A DNA stretch of 46,564 bases from Planctomycetota bacterium. GTDB lineage: Bacteria; Planctomycetota; B15-G4; JADJEK01. Of this stretch, positions 1 to 9,595 are shown one piece after another (within the stretch, counting starts at the first letter, position 1; each line of letters opens with the position of its first letter). A program made the position numbers and the translations under genes. The stretch spans positions 1 to 46,564 of the forward strand of contig JACQZJ010000058.1 of NCBI GenBank assembly GCA_016213895.1, in the 5' to 3' direction. The notes under the pieces were generated by a model. That model did not search any database. It had not been told where the DNA came from and saw nothing but the letters and a program-made list of their open reading frames with translations.

Positions 1-1
1 C

Positions 2-274
2 TCCAGCCCGTTCCATCCCACGGTGCAGGGGACCCGCCCGAATCCGGGGTGGAGTGCGCTGCAGGCGATCGAGCACGGCGGCTACGTCTACACCACCTAC
101 ATGAGCGGCGGGATCTCCAGGGAGCCCGCCGCGACCTTCGGGTCGGGCCTGCAGACCTTCTACGCGACGCGCTTTCAGGCGAATGCCCTCTGCCCCGACC
201 CCAACCCGCCGCTCGACAACGGCTTCTACCTCGCCGACGGCAGGGGAGGCGTGCACCGCATCAACATCCCGTAG
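2..274 (+). CDS. 3' end of a hypothetical protein whose start lies upstream of the window
   Basis: Frame 2 is open from the first base to the TAG at 272-274. The ORF-track translation (23..274) has ordinary amino-acid composition and is not R/P-rich. I do not recognise a family. Confidence 0.4.
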   Translation, partial: SSPFHPTVQGTRPNPGWSALQAIEHGGYVYTTYMSGGISREPAATFGSGLQTFYATRFQANALCPDPNPPLDNGFYLADGRGGVHRINIP

Positions 275-559
275 GAGCCGGTACGTCGAAACGAGCCTCC
301 GTGGGTCTCCTGAGCCCGCCGCGCGGACGGGCCAGGGAGCCTTTGGCACGCCGGGTTCCCTGAAGAAACTGCCACGCTCGAGGGCCGGCCGCCTGCGCTT
401 TCGCCACCGTGACCATGGAGGGTCTCGTCGACGATCCTGCTGGCGCAGCCGGACTCTCGGCCACGAACGGCCTCGAGGTAAGAATCGAGAAGCGCCGCCT
501 GCGGCGTAGGCTGAGGGCGTCGCGGCTGTTTTACTGGGAGCCGGAGGGAAGGGACGTGA

Positions 560-960
560 GGCGAGCGATCGCGGCCGTTTCCCCGGGGTCCGGGGCCGGA
601 TCGCGACTTCCGGTGCATCCCGTGCCCGAGGAACGCCATGTGGCTCGTGGTCGGCGAAGGCGATGCTGGCGGAGGGCGTGGATGAGGCACGGCAGGCGTG
701 AACGGGCAACGACGTCGCGGCCGGCCCCTGAACCGGGGAAACGCCGCTCCGCTTCTTCTTCTATGGGGAGGCCGGCCCTGTGAAGGGGGAAGTCTGGGCA
801 TGCGTAGTTCTCCTCTGGGCGGTCGCGGTGGTTTGTTTCGGGAACAGTTGCGTGAGGAAGTCAGCGTCTCCTGAAGCAGGTGTAGCCCCCGCAGGGGAGT
901 TCTGGAGCACGTGGCGACTGTTCTCGGCTGCGGCAACGCCTCCCGCACCAGGTCGGAAGC
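560..960 (-). repeat. Copy A of a diverged repeated non-coding element; partner at about 43990-44330 in inverted orientation
   Basis: The reverse complement of about 560-960 aligns by eye with plus strand about 43990-44330 at roughly 75% identity. Shared blocks include 'gtgcctcatccacgccc', 'acgcatgcc', 'gatgcaccgg(a/g)agtcgcg' and 'gggaaacggc'. Copy A carries an insertion of about 70 nt. Substitutions are not concentrated in third codon positions, so it is not coding. Confidence 0.5.
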
Positions 961-1052
961 GCGCGAACCCTGATCCAGCGCTCGCCGGTCCCCGGGCTCG
1001 AGCCTGGCCGGTGGACCGGAGATCGTAGGAGCCGCCCCCGCGACAGTTTGCC

Positions 1053-1089
1053 GGCGCGACCGCCCTTCACTCGCAAGGGCGGTCGCGCC
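1053..1089. other. Perfect 15-bp stem / 7-nt loop hairpin: GGCGCGACCGCCCTT-CACTCGC-AAGGGCGGTCGCGCC
   Basis: Read directly from the sequence. It lies in the 1.3-kb apparently non-coding stretch between the left partial CDS and the IS110 element. No T-tract follows on either strand. Confidence 0.5.
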
Positions 1090-1499
1090 CACCACCTTGA
1101 GGAGCGCCGCTGCCCGAGCGGAGCCCGCAGGCGCAGGCCAGCACGTCCGTGACGAGCCGCGCGCGCGGAGCTTCAGCGGCGACACACCGGCTGCGGCGCG
1201 GCTCGGCGCGGACGTGCTGCCGCAGCCGCGGGCGAAGCGGCCGGGCGCACGACGACGCGCGCGCCAGGTCAAGCGCAGACCCGCAGGAACTGGTGGAGAG
1301 TCCCACGCGAGAGGGGCGATCCCGGCCATGCTTCTATCCGCAGTCGGACCGTGGTCCGCTGCACGTTGTGGTCCGGTGAAGGCGGGTGCTGCAATCTCCC
1401 TTGAACGGCCTCGTGCGGCCAGCGGAGCGGGCGCAGTCACCCGGACTCTTCGGTGGGATCGTTGTCTCTTCGTCACGTGGGGAGGTGGTCGCATCGCGA

Positions 1500-2760
1500 C
1501 CACATTGGTCGGTGGTTCCTGTCGGGATGTTTCGGCTCAGACGGTCTGGGCCCTCGGGCTAGGCTGCAGGGGGGTGATCCTGGCGGCGGTCTTGGTGTTG
1601 GCGCGGTTCGGCGGCCTCAACGGGATTCCTGCGGCCTGCTTCTGGTGGAGCCGCGCCACGTAGTGGGGGTCGAACTCCTCGCCCGTGATCCACAGGCGGT
1701 GCATGAGCACGGCGAGCCGGCGCGCGACGGCCACGCAGGCGCGCTTGTAGCCGTTCTTGCCGCCGCGCTCGGCCAGCGCCAGGCCGAAGCTCCTCAGGTC
1801 CCAGTCGGCGCTCCGCGGGTGCAGGACGCTGTGCGCACACTGGACCAGGAGCGAGCGCAGGCGCACGTCGCCGGCGCCAGGCCGATGTACGCACCGACGT
1901 CGCGGCTCCTCTTGAAGCGGCGCGGGTCCTCCACGGTCAGAACGAAGGCCAGCGACGTGACCGGGCCGACGCCCGGGATCTGCTCGGCCAGGGTCTGTGC
2001 GATCGGGTAGCGCTTGGCCGTGATCCTGGACAGCCGGCGGTCGCACGCGGCGATGGCGCGGCTCAGCTCGCGGATCGAGCGCAGCAGCGGTAGGACGATG
2101 CGCAAAAGCTCGCGCGGCAAGTCCTTGACGGCGCGCTGCGGGAAGACCTTCGGGTCGCAGCGCTGGATCCTGCCACCCAGGGGCTTGACCAACCCGCGCA
2201 CGGAGTTGACCAGGGTGGTGCGCGCCCCGACCAGCGCACCGCGGGCACGCAGCTGCGTCAAGTCAAGGTGCGTGGCGCGCGACCGGTAGCGCACCGTGTT
2301 CAGGTAGCCCGCAGGCAGGAACCCGGCCATGGCGAGGCGCCGCGCGTCCTCGCGATCGGTCTTCTTCGTCCCCTGCGTGCGCGGGTCGCGCGGATCCACG
2401 ATCAACAGCTCGTGGCCGAGGGAGGTGAGCACGTCACGGATCCAGTGCGTGTGGGTGCCCGCCTCCAGCACCACCCGGAGCGGCGCGAACTTGGTGAACT
2501 TCGCCCGGAACGCGTCCTCGTTGTTCTTGACCACGTCCTCGAGCAGGATCTCGCCCGGCGCGCTCATGACGCAGATGCGCGAGGACTTGTCGCTGACGTC
2601 CACACCCGCCACCACACCGTGAAACTCGAAGCTAGACTGCACCATGAGGCCGGTCTCCTTCTGCACTCGACGAGTGCGTAAAACGCTTGCAGACCCCGCA
2701 AGGGTACTGCGTCACGCGGAGGCCGGCCTCCCCATCACATCTCCCACTCCGTCCCGCCCC
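1500..2760 (-). mobile_element. IS110-family insertion sequence; boundaries approximate
   Basis: It contains an IS110-type transposase gene. IS110 elements lack terminal inverted repeats, so the ends cannot be fixed from sequence alone. Confidence 0.5.
1537..2666 (-). pseudogene. IS110-family transposase disrupted by a frameshift at about 1880-1900
   Basis: ORF 1794..2666(-) carries the N-terminal DEDD-type domain and the 'IPGVGPVTSLAFV...DPRRFKRSRDVGAYIGLAP' region. The C-terminal IS110 module ('GDVRLRSLLVQCAHSVL...YKRACVAVARRLAVLMHRLW...EEFDPH') continues in a different frame (ORF 1537..2046). The frameshift could be genuine decay or an assembly error. Confidence 0.7.
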
Positions 2761-3135
2761 GGTGCTCAGAGCGAGGCGGGCCGCTCCGGTACAACATGCT
2801 TGCGGTAGGCGCTCGCGGGCAAGAGCCCGCTCCCGCCCCGGAATGACTGCACCACGCGCGGACGCGCGGTGCTACGCCCGTCGCGGTCCGAGCTGAACGC
2901 TGAGAGCCGACAGCTGACAGATCTTCTCGCCGGCGCTCGCGGGCCGGAGCCCGCTCCCGCCCGAATCCCGGCGGAACCCCGGTGATCCGCGAGCCGAAAG
3001 GCGATAGAACGTCGTTCATGGCCTCGTCTTGGAGCAGTGGCTGCCGAAACGACCGTCTTCTTGGCAGAGCGACGCCGTCGCCACTCTTCGGGTGCGGGCG
3101 AAGCCCGCGCTGACGGTGCCGGGGAGAACCGCGCG

Positions 3136-4263
3136 ATGGGCCTGAGGATCGCCCTCGACGCCTCCGCGGCCGCGAAGCGGGAGCGCACCGGCGTGGCGCG
3201 CTACGCCGCCTGCTTGATCGACGCGTTGCTCGCGGCCGCCCCGGACTGGCAGTTCACGCTCGGCTGCCGCCTGTCGCGGCTGCGCCGCCATCGCTACCGC
3301 CTGCGGCCGCGCGCCGCGAACGCGCGCACGCGCTACTTCACGGACGCGAGCGTGCGCCTCTGCCTGGGCGCGGCGGACGTCTTCCACGGCCTCGACGCGC
3401 GCATCCCGCCGCGCTGTCCCTGCCCGGCGGTCGTGACGCTGCATGACCTCGGCCCGCTCGAGCGGCCCGAGATCGCGGCGGCGGGCTTCCGCGGCAAGAA
3501 GCTCGCCGCCTATCAGGTCATCGCCGCGCGCTCCGCGCGCATCATCTGCGTGTCGGACGCCACGCGCGACGCCTTCCGCCGCGCCTTCGACCTGCCCGAG
3601 GAGCGCTTCGCGGTCATCCACCACGGCCTGGAGCCGCGCTTCCGGCCGCAGACCGAGCAGGCGGTGGAGGCCGCCCTGCGCCGCCTCGGCATCGCGCGCC
3701 CCTACCTGCTGTTCGTGGGCCTGCTCTCGGCACGCAAGAACTGCGCCGCGCTGGTGCGCGCCTTCGACCGCATGGCCGAGGCCGTACCCGGCCTGCGCCT
3801 GGTGCTCGCGGGCGGGCGCGCGCACGGCTTCGCCGAGGTGGAGCAGGCGCTCGCGGCCGCGCGCGCGCGCGCGCGCATCGTCCTGCTCGGCTTCGTCGAG
3901 GATGAGCTGCTGCCGCCGCTCTACGCCGGCGCGCGCGCCTTCGTCTTCCCCGGCCGGAACGAAGGCTTCGGCCTCCCCATGCTCGAGGCCATGGCCTGCG
4001 GGGCGCCGGTAATGGCCGCGGACACCGCGGTAGCGCGCGAGGTGGCGGGCGGTGCGGCCCTTCTGGCCGACACAGGCGTGGAAGGCGCTTTCGCGGCCGC
4101 GCTGGCGCGGATATGTTCCGAGCGCGCGCTCGCCGAGGAGCTCAGCGCGCGCGGCGCGCTGCGCGCCAAGGAGTTCTCGTGGCAGGCCGCGGCCTTGCGC
4201 ACGCTCGAGGTCTACCGCGCCGCGGCGGCGGCTTCGGTTCCGCTTTTCGGGAGGGGCTCATGA
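3136..4263 (+). CDS. GT4-family glycosyltransferase
   Basis: Typical GT4 layout: N-terminal domain, 'PYLLFVGLLSARKN', and the EX7E-region motif 'FVFPGRNEGFGLPMLEAMACGAPV'. The ATG at 3136 (MGLRIALDAS...) follows an in-frame upstream extension with no homology. The stop overlaps the next start (ATGA). Confidence 0.8.
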   Translation: MGLRIALDASAAAKRERTGVARYAACLIDALLAAAPDWQFTLGCRLSRLRRHRYRLRPRAANARTRYFTDASVRLCLGAADVFHGLDARIPPRCPCPAVVTLHDLGPLERPEIAAAGFRGKKLAAYQVIAARSARIICVSDATRDAFRRAFDLPEERFAVIHHGLEPRFRPQTEQAVEAALRRLGIARPYLLFVGLLSARKNCAALVRAFDRMAEAVPGLRLVLAGGRAHGFAEVEQALAAARARARIVLLGFVEDELLPPLYAGARAFVFPGRNEGFGLPMLEAMACGAPVMAADTAVAREVAGGAALLADTGVEGAFAAALARICSERALAEELSARGALRAKEFSWQAAALRTLEVYRAAAAASVPLFGRGS

Positions 4264-6401
4264 GGATCCGCACGGGACACGGCCGGTACCTGCCGGCGCT
4301 CTGCTTGATCTCGCTCAGCGCCTGCACCGGCCTGGAGCGCGAGGGAGTGGACGAAAAGTTCAACTTCTGGCCGCTCGCGCGCTACGAGACCGTCGCCGAG
4401 CCCCCCGGGCACACGCTCGACGTGCTCTGGCCGCTGGCGCAGTTCCAGCGCGCGGGCGAGGCGTCCGCCTCGCGCGTCCTGCCCTTCTACGTGCACAAGG
4501 ACGACGGAGCGGGCAAGCGCTTCCTGAACGCGCTGCTCCTCTACTGGCAGGAGATCAACGAGCCGCGCTCAAAGGTGAGCAGGACGCTCTTCCCCTTCCT
4601 CTTCTACGTGCGCTCGCCTGAGGAATGGGAGACCCACGTCTGGCCCTTGTACGGCGTGCGCAAGTACGGGCCGGAGGACAAGCGGTCGCGCTGCGACATG
4701 GCCATCTTCCCGCTCTTCGACTACGACCGGCGCCTGGACGGCTCGTGGAGCGACCTCGACCTGCTCGGCATCGGACCGGTCTTCTCGCTCTTCGATTCCG
4801 CATACGGCGCGCCCAAGGGCGAGGGAGAGGCGGCCGTGGCGCGGCGCGACATCGACGTGCTGCAGCTCCTGAGCGGGCTGTTCAGCGTCTTCACCTTCCG
4901 GCAGCGCCCCCTCCTCGAGGCGCAGGCGCTCGCGGAGGGCGAGCAGGCGAACGCACAGGCCGCCCCGACCGCGGGAGGCTTCACGCGCGAGAGCCGCTTC
5001 CTCGACCTGTTCGGCGCCCTCGCCCTGTTCGCGCACCGCAGCGAGCACGATGCGGCCGCGCAGCCCGAGAGCCGGCGCGCGCACTTCTTCCCCTTCTACT
5101 GGCACTTCCGCGACCAGGAGAAGTCGACGCTCTTCCTGCTGCCGCTCTTCGGCCGGGAGGAGCGCGGCGACACTTACACCCGAACCTGGATCGTGCCGCC
5201 GCTCGTCTCGCTGGAGGAGGACGACGCCGAAGAGATGAGCGGCGTGGACGTGCTTTGGCCGCTGTGGCGCTACGAGAGCCGCGGGGGCTCTGATCCCGGC
5301 TGGCATCTGCGCGCCCTGCCCCTTCTCTGGTTCACCAAGCGGCCGGACGCCCAGACCAGCCTGATCCTGCCCATCTACTACCGCATCCGCGACGCGGAGA
5401 ACGACTACCTGCACGTCGTCCCCTTCTACGGGCGGCACAGCGAGCATGGCGGCCTCCTGCGGCGCACCTTCATCGTGCCGCCGTTCTACATCGCCACGCG
5501 CGACGAGCGCGAGCACCTGACGCGCCGCGACTTCCTGTATCCGCTGGCGCGCTTCGAGACGTCCCAGGCCGGGACGCGCAACTACGCCCTGCCCTTCTTC
5601 TACTACCGCGACGCGGAGAGCCGCTCGCACCTGAACGTGCTCGGGCTCTTCGACCGCGACAAGAGCGAGGTCAGAGTCTCGACCCTCTGCTACCCCTTCT
5701 ACTCGGGCATCGAGGCCTTCGGCGAAGGGAGCCGCACCTCCTGGCTGCCGTTCTTCGACTGGCGCTTCTTCTCCGATCCCGTGCCCGGGGGCGAGGACAC
5801 GTCGGTCCTCTTCCCGCTGGCGAGCTTCCAGCGCAAGGACAACGAGCGCAGCCGCTGGGTCTTCCCCTTCTACTGGTGGTTCGACGACGGCGCCGGCGAG
5901 ACCTACAGGCACATCTGGCCCTTCTTCGGCGTGGACCACGAGAGGACCGGGCTCAGGCGCTTCTCCACCCTCTTCCCGTTGTTCTTCTACGGCGCGAACG
6001 AGGAAGGCACGCACAAGGACGCGGGCGTCCTCTTCCCGCTCGGCGGCGCGGCCACCGAGGACGGCGAAAGCCGGCACTGGTTCATCCCGCTCTTCTACAA
6101 CCGCACCACCGAGCAAGGTGACAACGCCGGCTCGCGCACCTGGGTGCTCTGGCCCTTCTTCTCGCGCACCACCGAGGCCGACGGCTCCTGGCAGTGGAAC
6201 TCCCTGTTCACCCTGCTCTTGAACCACGAGCACGGCCCGGGCGAGGAAGGCGCCGAGGAGTTCTCGGTGCTGGGCGCGCTCTACCGCAGCCGCAGCGAGG
6301 GCGAGAAGAGCAGCACGAGCGTCGCCTTCCTCTTCCGCTACGAGAACGACGGCGGCGAGCGCACGCTCAAGCTCTTCCACTTGATCCCCATCCGCTTCTG
6401 A
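4260..6401 (+). CDS. Large repeat-rich putative outer-membrane lipoprotein, family unknown
   Basis: Signal peptide with the lipobox-like 'LISLSAC'. About 28-30 degenerate repeats with a period of roughly 24 aa and core h-[WFY]-P-[LF]-[FYW]-x-[YFW] (FWPLARYE, LWPLAQFQ, FFPFYWHF, LWPLWRYE, VFPFYWWF, IWPFFGVD...). The C-terminal residue is Phe. The gene is translationally coupled to the GT4 gene and lies 57 bp upstream of the RND gene. Confidence 0.7.
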   Translation: MRIRTGHGRYLPALCLISLSACTGLEREGVDEKFNFWPLARYETVAEPPGHTLDVLWPLAQFQRAGEASASRVLPFYVHKDDGAGKRFLNALLLYWQEINEPRSKVSRTLFPFLFYVRSPEEWETHVWPLYGVRKYGPEDKRSRCDMAIFPLFDYDRRLDGSWSDLDLLGIGPVFSLFDSAYGAPKGEGEAAVARRDIDVLQLLSGLFSVFTFRQRPLLEAQALAEGEQANAQAAPTAGGFTRESRFLDLFGALALFAHRSEHDAAAQPESRRAHFFPFYWHFRDQEKSTLFLLPLFGREERGDTYTRTWIVPPLVSLEEDDAEEMSGVDVLWPLWRYESRGGSDPGWHLRALPLLWFTKRPDAQTSLILPIYYRIRDAENDYLHVVPFYGRHSEHGGLLRRTFIVPPFYIATRDEREHLTRRDFLYPLARFETSQAGTRNYALPFFYYRDAESRSHLNVLGLFDRDKSEVRVSTLCYPFYSGIEAFGEGSRTSWLPFFDWRFFSDPVPGGEDTSVLFPLASFQRKDNERSRWVFPFYWWFDDGAGETYRHIWPFFGVDHERTGLRRFSTLFPLFFYGANEEGTHKDAGVLFPLGGAATEDGESRHWFIPLFYNRTTEQGDNAGSRTWVLWPFFSRTTEADGSWQWNSLFTLLLNHEHGPGEEGAEEFSVLGALYRSRSEGEKSSTSVAFLFRYENDGGERTLKLFHLIPIRF

Positions 6402-6457
6402 GGGAAGCGGCGGCGGGCGCGCGGGGAAGAACCGCGCGCCGCTATCCGCCCACGAGC

Positions 6458-9400
6458 ATGCCCGAAACGCCGGCCGAGGACCGCCGGGAGCACCCCGGCT
6501 TCGCCGCCCTGCTCGGCCGGCCGGTCACGGCGCTCATGGCCTTCATCCTCATCGTCCTGCTGGGGGTCGTTTCTTACCTGCGCATCCCGATCATGCTCCT
6601 GCCCAAAGGGATCGCCGCGTCCGAGATGACGATCATGGTGCCCTGCCCCGACTCCAGCCCGACCGAGGTCCTGGAGCAGGTCACCAAGCCCCTCGAGGAC
6701 GCGATCCGCACCCTGCCGGACGTGACGGAGGTCAACTCCGAGTCCGAGGCTTCGAGCGCGCGCGTGAGCGTGAGCTTCGCGCCGAACACGGACATGGACC
6801 TGGCCTACAACGAGATCCAGGACCGCATCGAGCGCACCAAGCCGAGCTTCCCCGAGGGTGTGAGCGACATCCGCATCTGGCGCTGGAACTCGGACGTGGA
6901 GATGCCGATCTTCTGGCTCGGCATCCTCTACGAGGACACGGTGGCGGATCCCTTCGGCGTGGTGGAGGAGGTGATCCAGCCGCGCTTCGAGGCCGTGGAC
7001 GGCGTGGCCCGGGTGCAGATCCACGGCATGGTCGAGGACTCGGTGCGCGTGTTCGTCTCGCCCGAGGCGCTGCGCTCCCACGGCCTCAGCCTGTACGACG
7101 TGGTCGCGACCCTGCGGCGCGACAACTTCACGCTCCCGGCCGGGAGCATCGACGACGGCGGGCGCGAGTTCCTGCTGCGCATCGAGGCCGGCTTCCACAG
7201 CCTGGACGAGATCCGCCAGTACCCGATCCGCGAGAACGTGCAGGTCCAGGACGTCGCCGACGTGCGCATCGAGAAGGCGTACCGCGACAACGTCAGCCGC
7301 GTCAACGGCTACAGCTCGCTCACCGCCGTGCTCAACAAGGAGTCGGACGAGAACACCGTCGCCGTGTGCCAGCGCGTCATGGCGCAGATCGAGGAGATGA
7401 AGCGCGACGAGCGCCTGGCCGGATTCCAGTTCAACGTCTACTTCAACCAGGCGGACGTCATCGTCAGCTCGCTCGGCAACCTCAAGTCATCGATGGGCTG
7501 GGGCGCCCTCTTCTCCTTGCTGATCCTCTACGCGTTCGTGCGCCGCGTCGCCATGACGCTCATGGTGGCGCTCGCCATCCCGGTGTCGCTCCTCGCCGCC
7601 CTGGTCGCGGTCTACTTCAGCGGCTTCACCTTCAACATCCTCTCCCTCGCCGGGTTCACGCTCGCCATCGGCATGCTGGTCGACAACTCCATCGTCGTGG
7701 CGGAAAACGTGGCGCGCCTGCGCGCGCTCGGCTGGAAGCCGTTCGCGGCCGCGGCCTCCGGCGCCGGGCAGGTGGGCCTGGCCATCATCCTCTCGACGCT
7801 CACCACGATCATCGTCTTCACGCCGCTGGTGTTCATGGCCAAGGAGCGCAACACGCGCATCCTGCTCGGCGAGCTGGCCGCGCCCATCACCTACTCGCTC
7901 CTGGCCTCGCTGCTCACCGCCCTGGTCTTCCTGCCCATCGCCACGGTGCAGTTGAGCCGGCGGCGCACGGGCCGGGCCGCGGAGTGCGCCGCGCCGTCGG
8001 CCTACTCCGGCGCTTCGCGCCTGCTCTCGGGCTACCGCCGCCTGCTGGCCTTCACCCTGCGCCACCGCTTCGGCGTGACCGTGTTCACGCTCGCCGTGAT
8101 CGCGCTCGGCGCTCAGGCGTGGCGCGGCCTGCAATTCTCCTTCGAGGAGGGCGGCCACAACGACCGGCTGCGCATCGACGTCAAGCTGCCGAGGCGCTTC
8201 ACCCTGGCCGAGGCTTCCGCGGTCTTCGACCAGTTCGAGGAGTTCCTGCTCGCACGCCGCAAGGAGTATCAGTTCGAGGACCTGAGCGTGTTTTTCGACC
8301 GCCGGCGCGGGGAGGCGGGCCTCTGGTTCGACGACGACGCCCCGCGCCCCGATTCGCGCCAGCTCTCCTGGCGCCTGCGCGAGGAACTGCCCAAGATCCC
8401 GGGCGTGGAATACGAGATCGGCTTCGAGGCCGAGGGCGCCGAGGCCGGAGTGCACGTCCAGCTCTACGGGCCGGACAGCGTCGAGCTGACGCGCATCGGC
8501 GACGAGCTGGTGCGCGAGCTGCAGCGGCTGCCGGAGCTGTCGAACGTGCGCACCGACGTGGCGGAGGGCTTCGAGGAGCTGCGCGTGGGCATCGACCGCG
8601 ACCGCGCGCAGCGCTTCGGCGTGAGCCAGGAGATCCTGCAGGGACTGATCGCCTGGGGGGTCGGCGGCCAGCGCCTCGCGGGCTACCGCGGCGAGGAGCG
8701 CGAGATCCCGCTGCTCATCGAGTACGAGGAGCCCCAGGTCGGCGACCTCAACTACCTGCGGGCGCTGGACGTGCCCGTCGATCGGGAAGGGGGCTCGGTG
8801 CCGCTCGCCGCGCTCACCCACTACCGCTTCGAGAAGTCGCTCGGCTCCATCCTGCGCAAGGACGGCATCACCAGCCTGGGCGTGCAGGCCGATTCCTACG
8901 ACAAGAACTCCTACCGCATCCAGCGCAAGGTGGCCGCCGTGCTCGAGGACTTCCCCTTCCCCGAGGGCTACGGCTGGAAGGACGCGGGGCGCCGCGAGGA
9001 GTTCGAGGAGGGCCTGAAGGAGGTCGGCATGGGGCTGTTCGCCGGCATCTGCTTCGTCTTCCTGCTCATGGGCATGCTCTTCGAGTCCGCGATCCTGCCC
9101 CTGTCGGTGCTGCTCACCATCCCGCTCGCCATGGTCGGCGGCATCCTGGCGCTCTTCATCACGCGCACGCCGCTCGACGGCATGGCTCAGCTCGCCTTCA
9201 TCCTGCTGGCGGGCGTGGTGGTGAACAATGGGATCGTGCTCGTGGACCGCATCCGCCAGGTGCAGAACGCAGGCATGGCGCGCACCGAGGCGATCCTCAC
9301 CGGCTGCGCGCAGCGCGTGCGGCCGGTGCTCATGACCGCGCTCACGACCATATTCGGCCTGCTGCCCATGGCTCTCCCCAAGGTCTTCGCCTCGGGCACG

Positions 9401-9595
9401 AACAGCGGCCTGAGCTACGAGTCGCTCGCCATCGCCACGCTCGGCGGCCTGATCCTCTCCACCCTCCTCACGCTCTTCGTCGTGCCCCTCTTCTACTCCC
9501 TTTTCGACGACCTGGGCCGCGTCTTCCTCAGCCCGCTGCGGCCGCGGGCCGCGCGCGACGCGGCAGAGCCGCCACCCGAGGTCACGGCCGCGTGA
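6458..9595 (+). CDS. RND-superfamily efflux permease, AcrB-like with 12 TM segments
   Basis: Length 1045 aa. N-terminal TM1 is followed by large periplasmic loops. The conserved TM4 region reads 'AIGMLVDNSIVVAENV'. The architecture is a duplicated half-transporter. No membrane-fusion-protein or outer-membrane-factor gene lies adjacent. Confidence 0.85.
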   Translation: MPETPAEDRREHPGFAALLGRPVTALMAFILIVLLGVVSYLRIPIMLLPKGIAASEMTIMVPCPDSSPTEVLEQVTKPLEDAIRTLPDVTEVNSESEASSARVSVSFAPNTDMDLAYNEIQDRIERTKPSFPEGVSDIRIWRWNSDVEMPIFWLGILYEDTVADPFGVVEEVIQPRFEAVDGVARVQIHGMVEDSVRVFVSPEALRSHGLSLYDVVATLRRDNFTLPAGSIDDGGREFLLRIEAGFHSLDEIRQYPIRENVQVQDVADVRIEKAYRDNVSRVNGYSSLTAVLNKESDENTVAVCQRVMAQIEEMKRDERLAGFQFNVYFNQADVIVSSLGNLKSSMGWGALFSLLILYAFVRRVAMTLMVALAIPVSLLAALVAVYFSGFTFNILSLAGFTLAIGMLVDNSIVVAENVARLRALGWKPFAAAASGAGQVGLAIILSTLTTIIVFTPLVFMAKERNTRILLGELAAPITYSLLASLLTALVFLPIATVQLSRRRTGRAAECAAPSAYSGASRLLSGYRRLLAFTLRHRFGVTVFTLAVIALGAQAWRGLQFSFEEGGHNDRLRIDVKLPRRFTLAEASAVFDQFEEFLLARRKEYQFEDLSVFFDRRRGEAGLWFDDDAPRPDSRQLSWRLREELPKIPGVEYEIGFEAEGAEAGVHVQLYGPDSVELTRIGDELVRELQRLPELSNVRTDVAEGFEELRVGIDRDRAQRFGVSQEILQGLIAWGVGGQRLAGYRGEEREIPLLIEYEEPQVGDLNYLRALDVPVDREGGSVPLAALTHYRFEKSLGSILRKDGITSLGVQADSYDKNSYRIQRKVAAVLEDFPFPEGYGWKDAGRREEFEEGLKEVGMGLFAGICFVFLLMGMLFESAILPLSVLLTIPLAMVGGILALFITRTPLDGMAQLAFILLAGVVVNNGIVLVDRIRQVQNAGMARTEAILTGCAQRVRPVLMTALTTIFGLLPMALPKVFASGTNSGLSYESLAIATLGGLILSTLLTLFVVPLFYSLFDDLGRVFLSPLRPRAARDAAEPPPEVTAA

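Noticed and set aside
226-1503. 425-aa minus-strand ORF, extremely R/P/A-rich
   Set aside because: Composition is typical of out-of-frame or antisense reading of high-GC DNA. No start context or motifs. It spans the non-coding repeat region. Not called as a gene.
4569-6380. 603-aa minus-strand ORF antisense to the repeat lipoprotein gene, and similar long antisense ORFs at 7487-9643, 15084-17885, 21917-23971, 40103-43804 and 44146-46392
   Set aside because: They are mirror-strand ORFs of well-supported genes with a low-complexity R/G/E/D/A composition. High-GC genomes generate such stop-free antisense frames.
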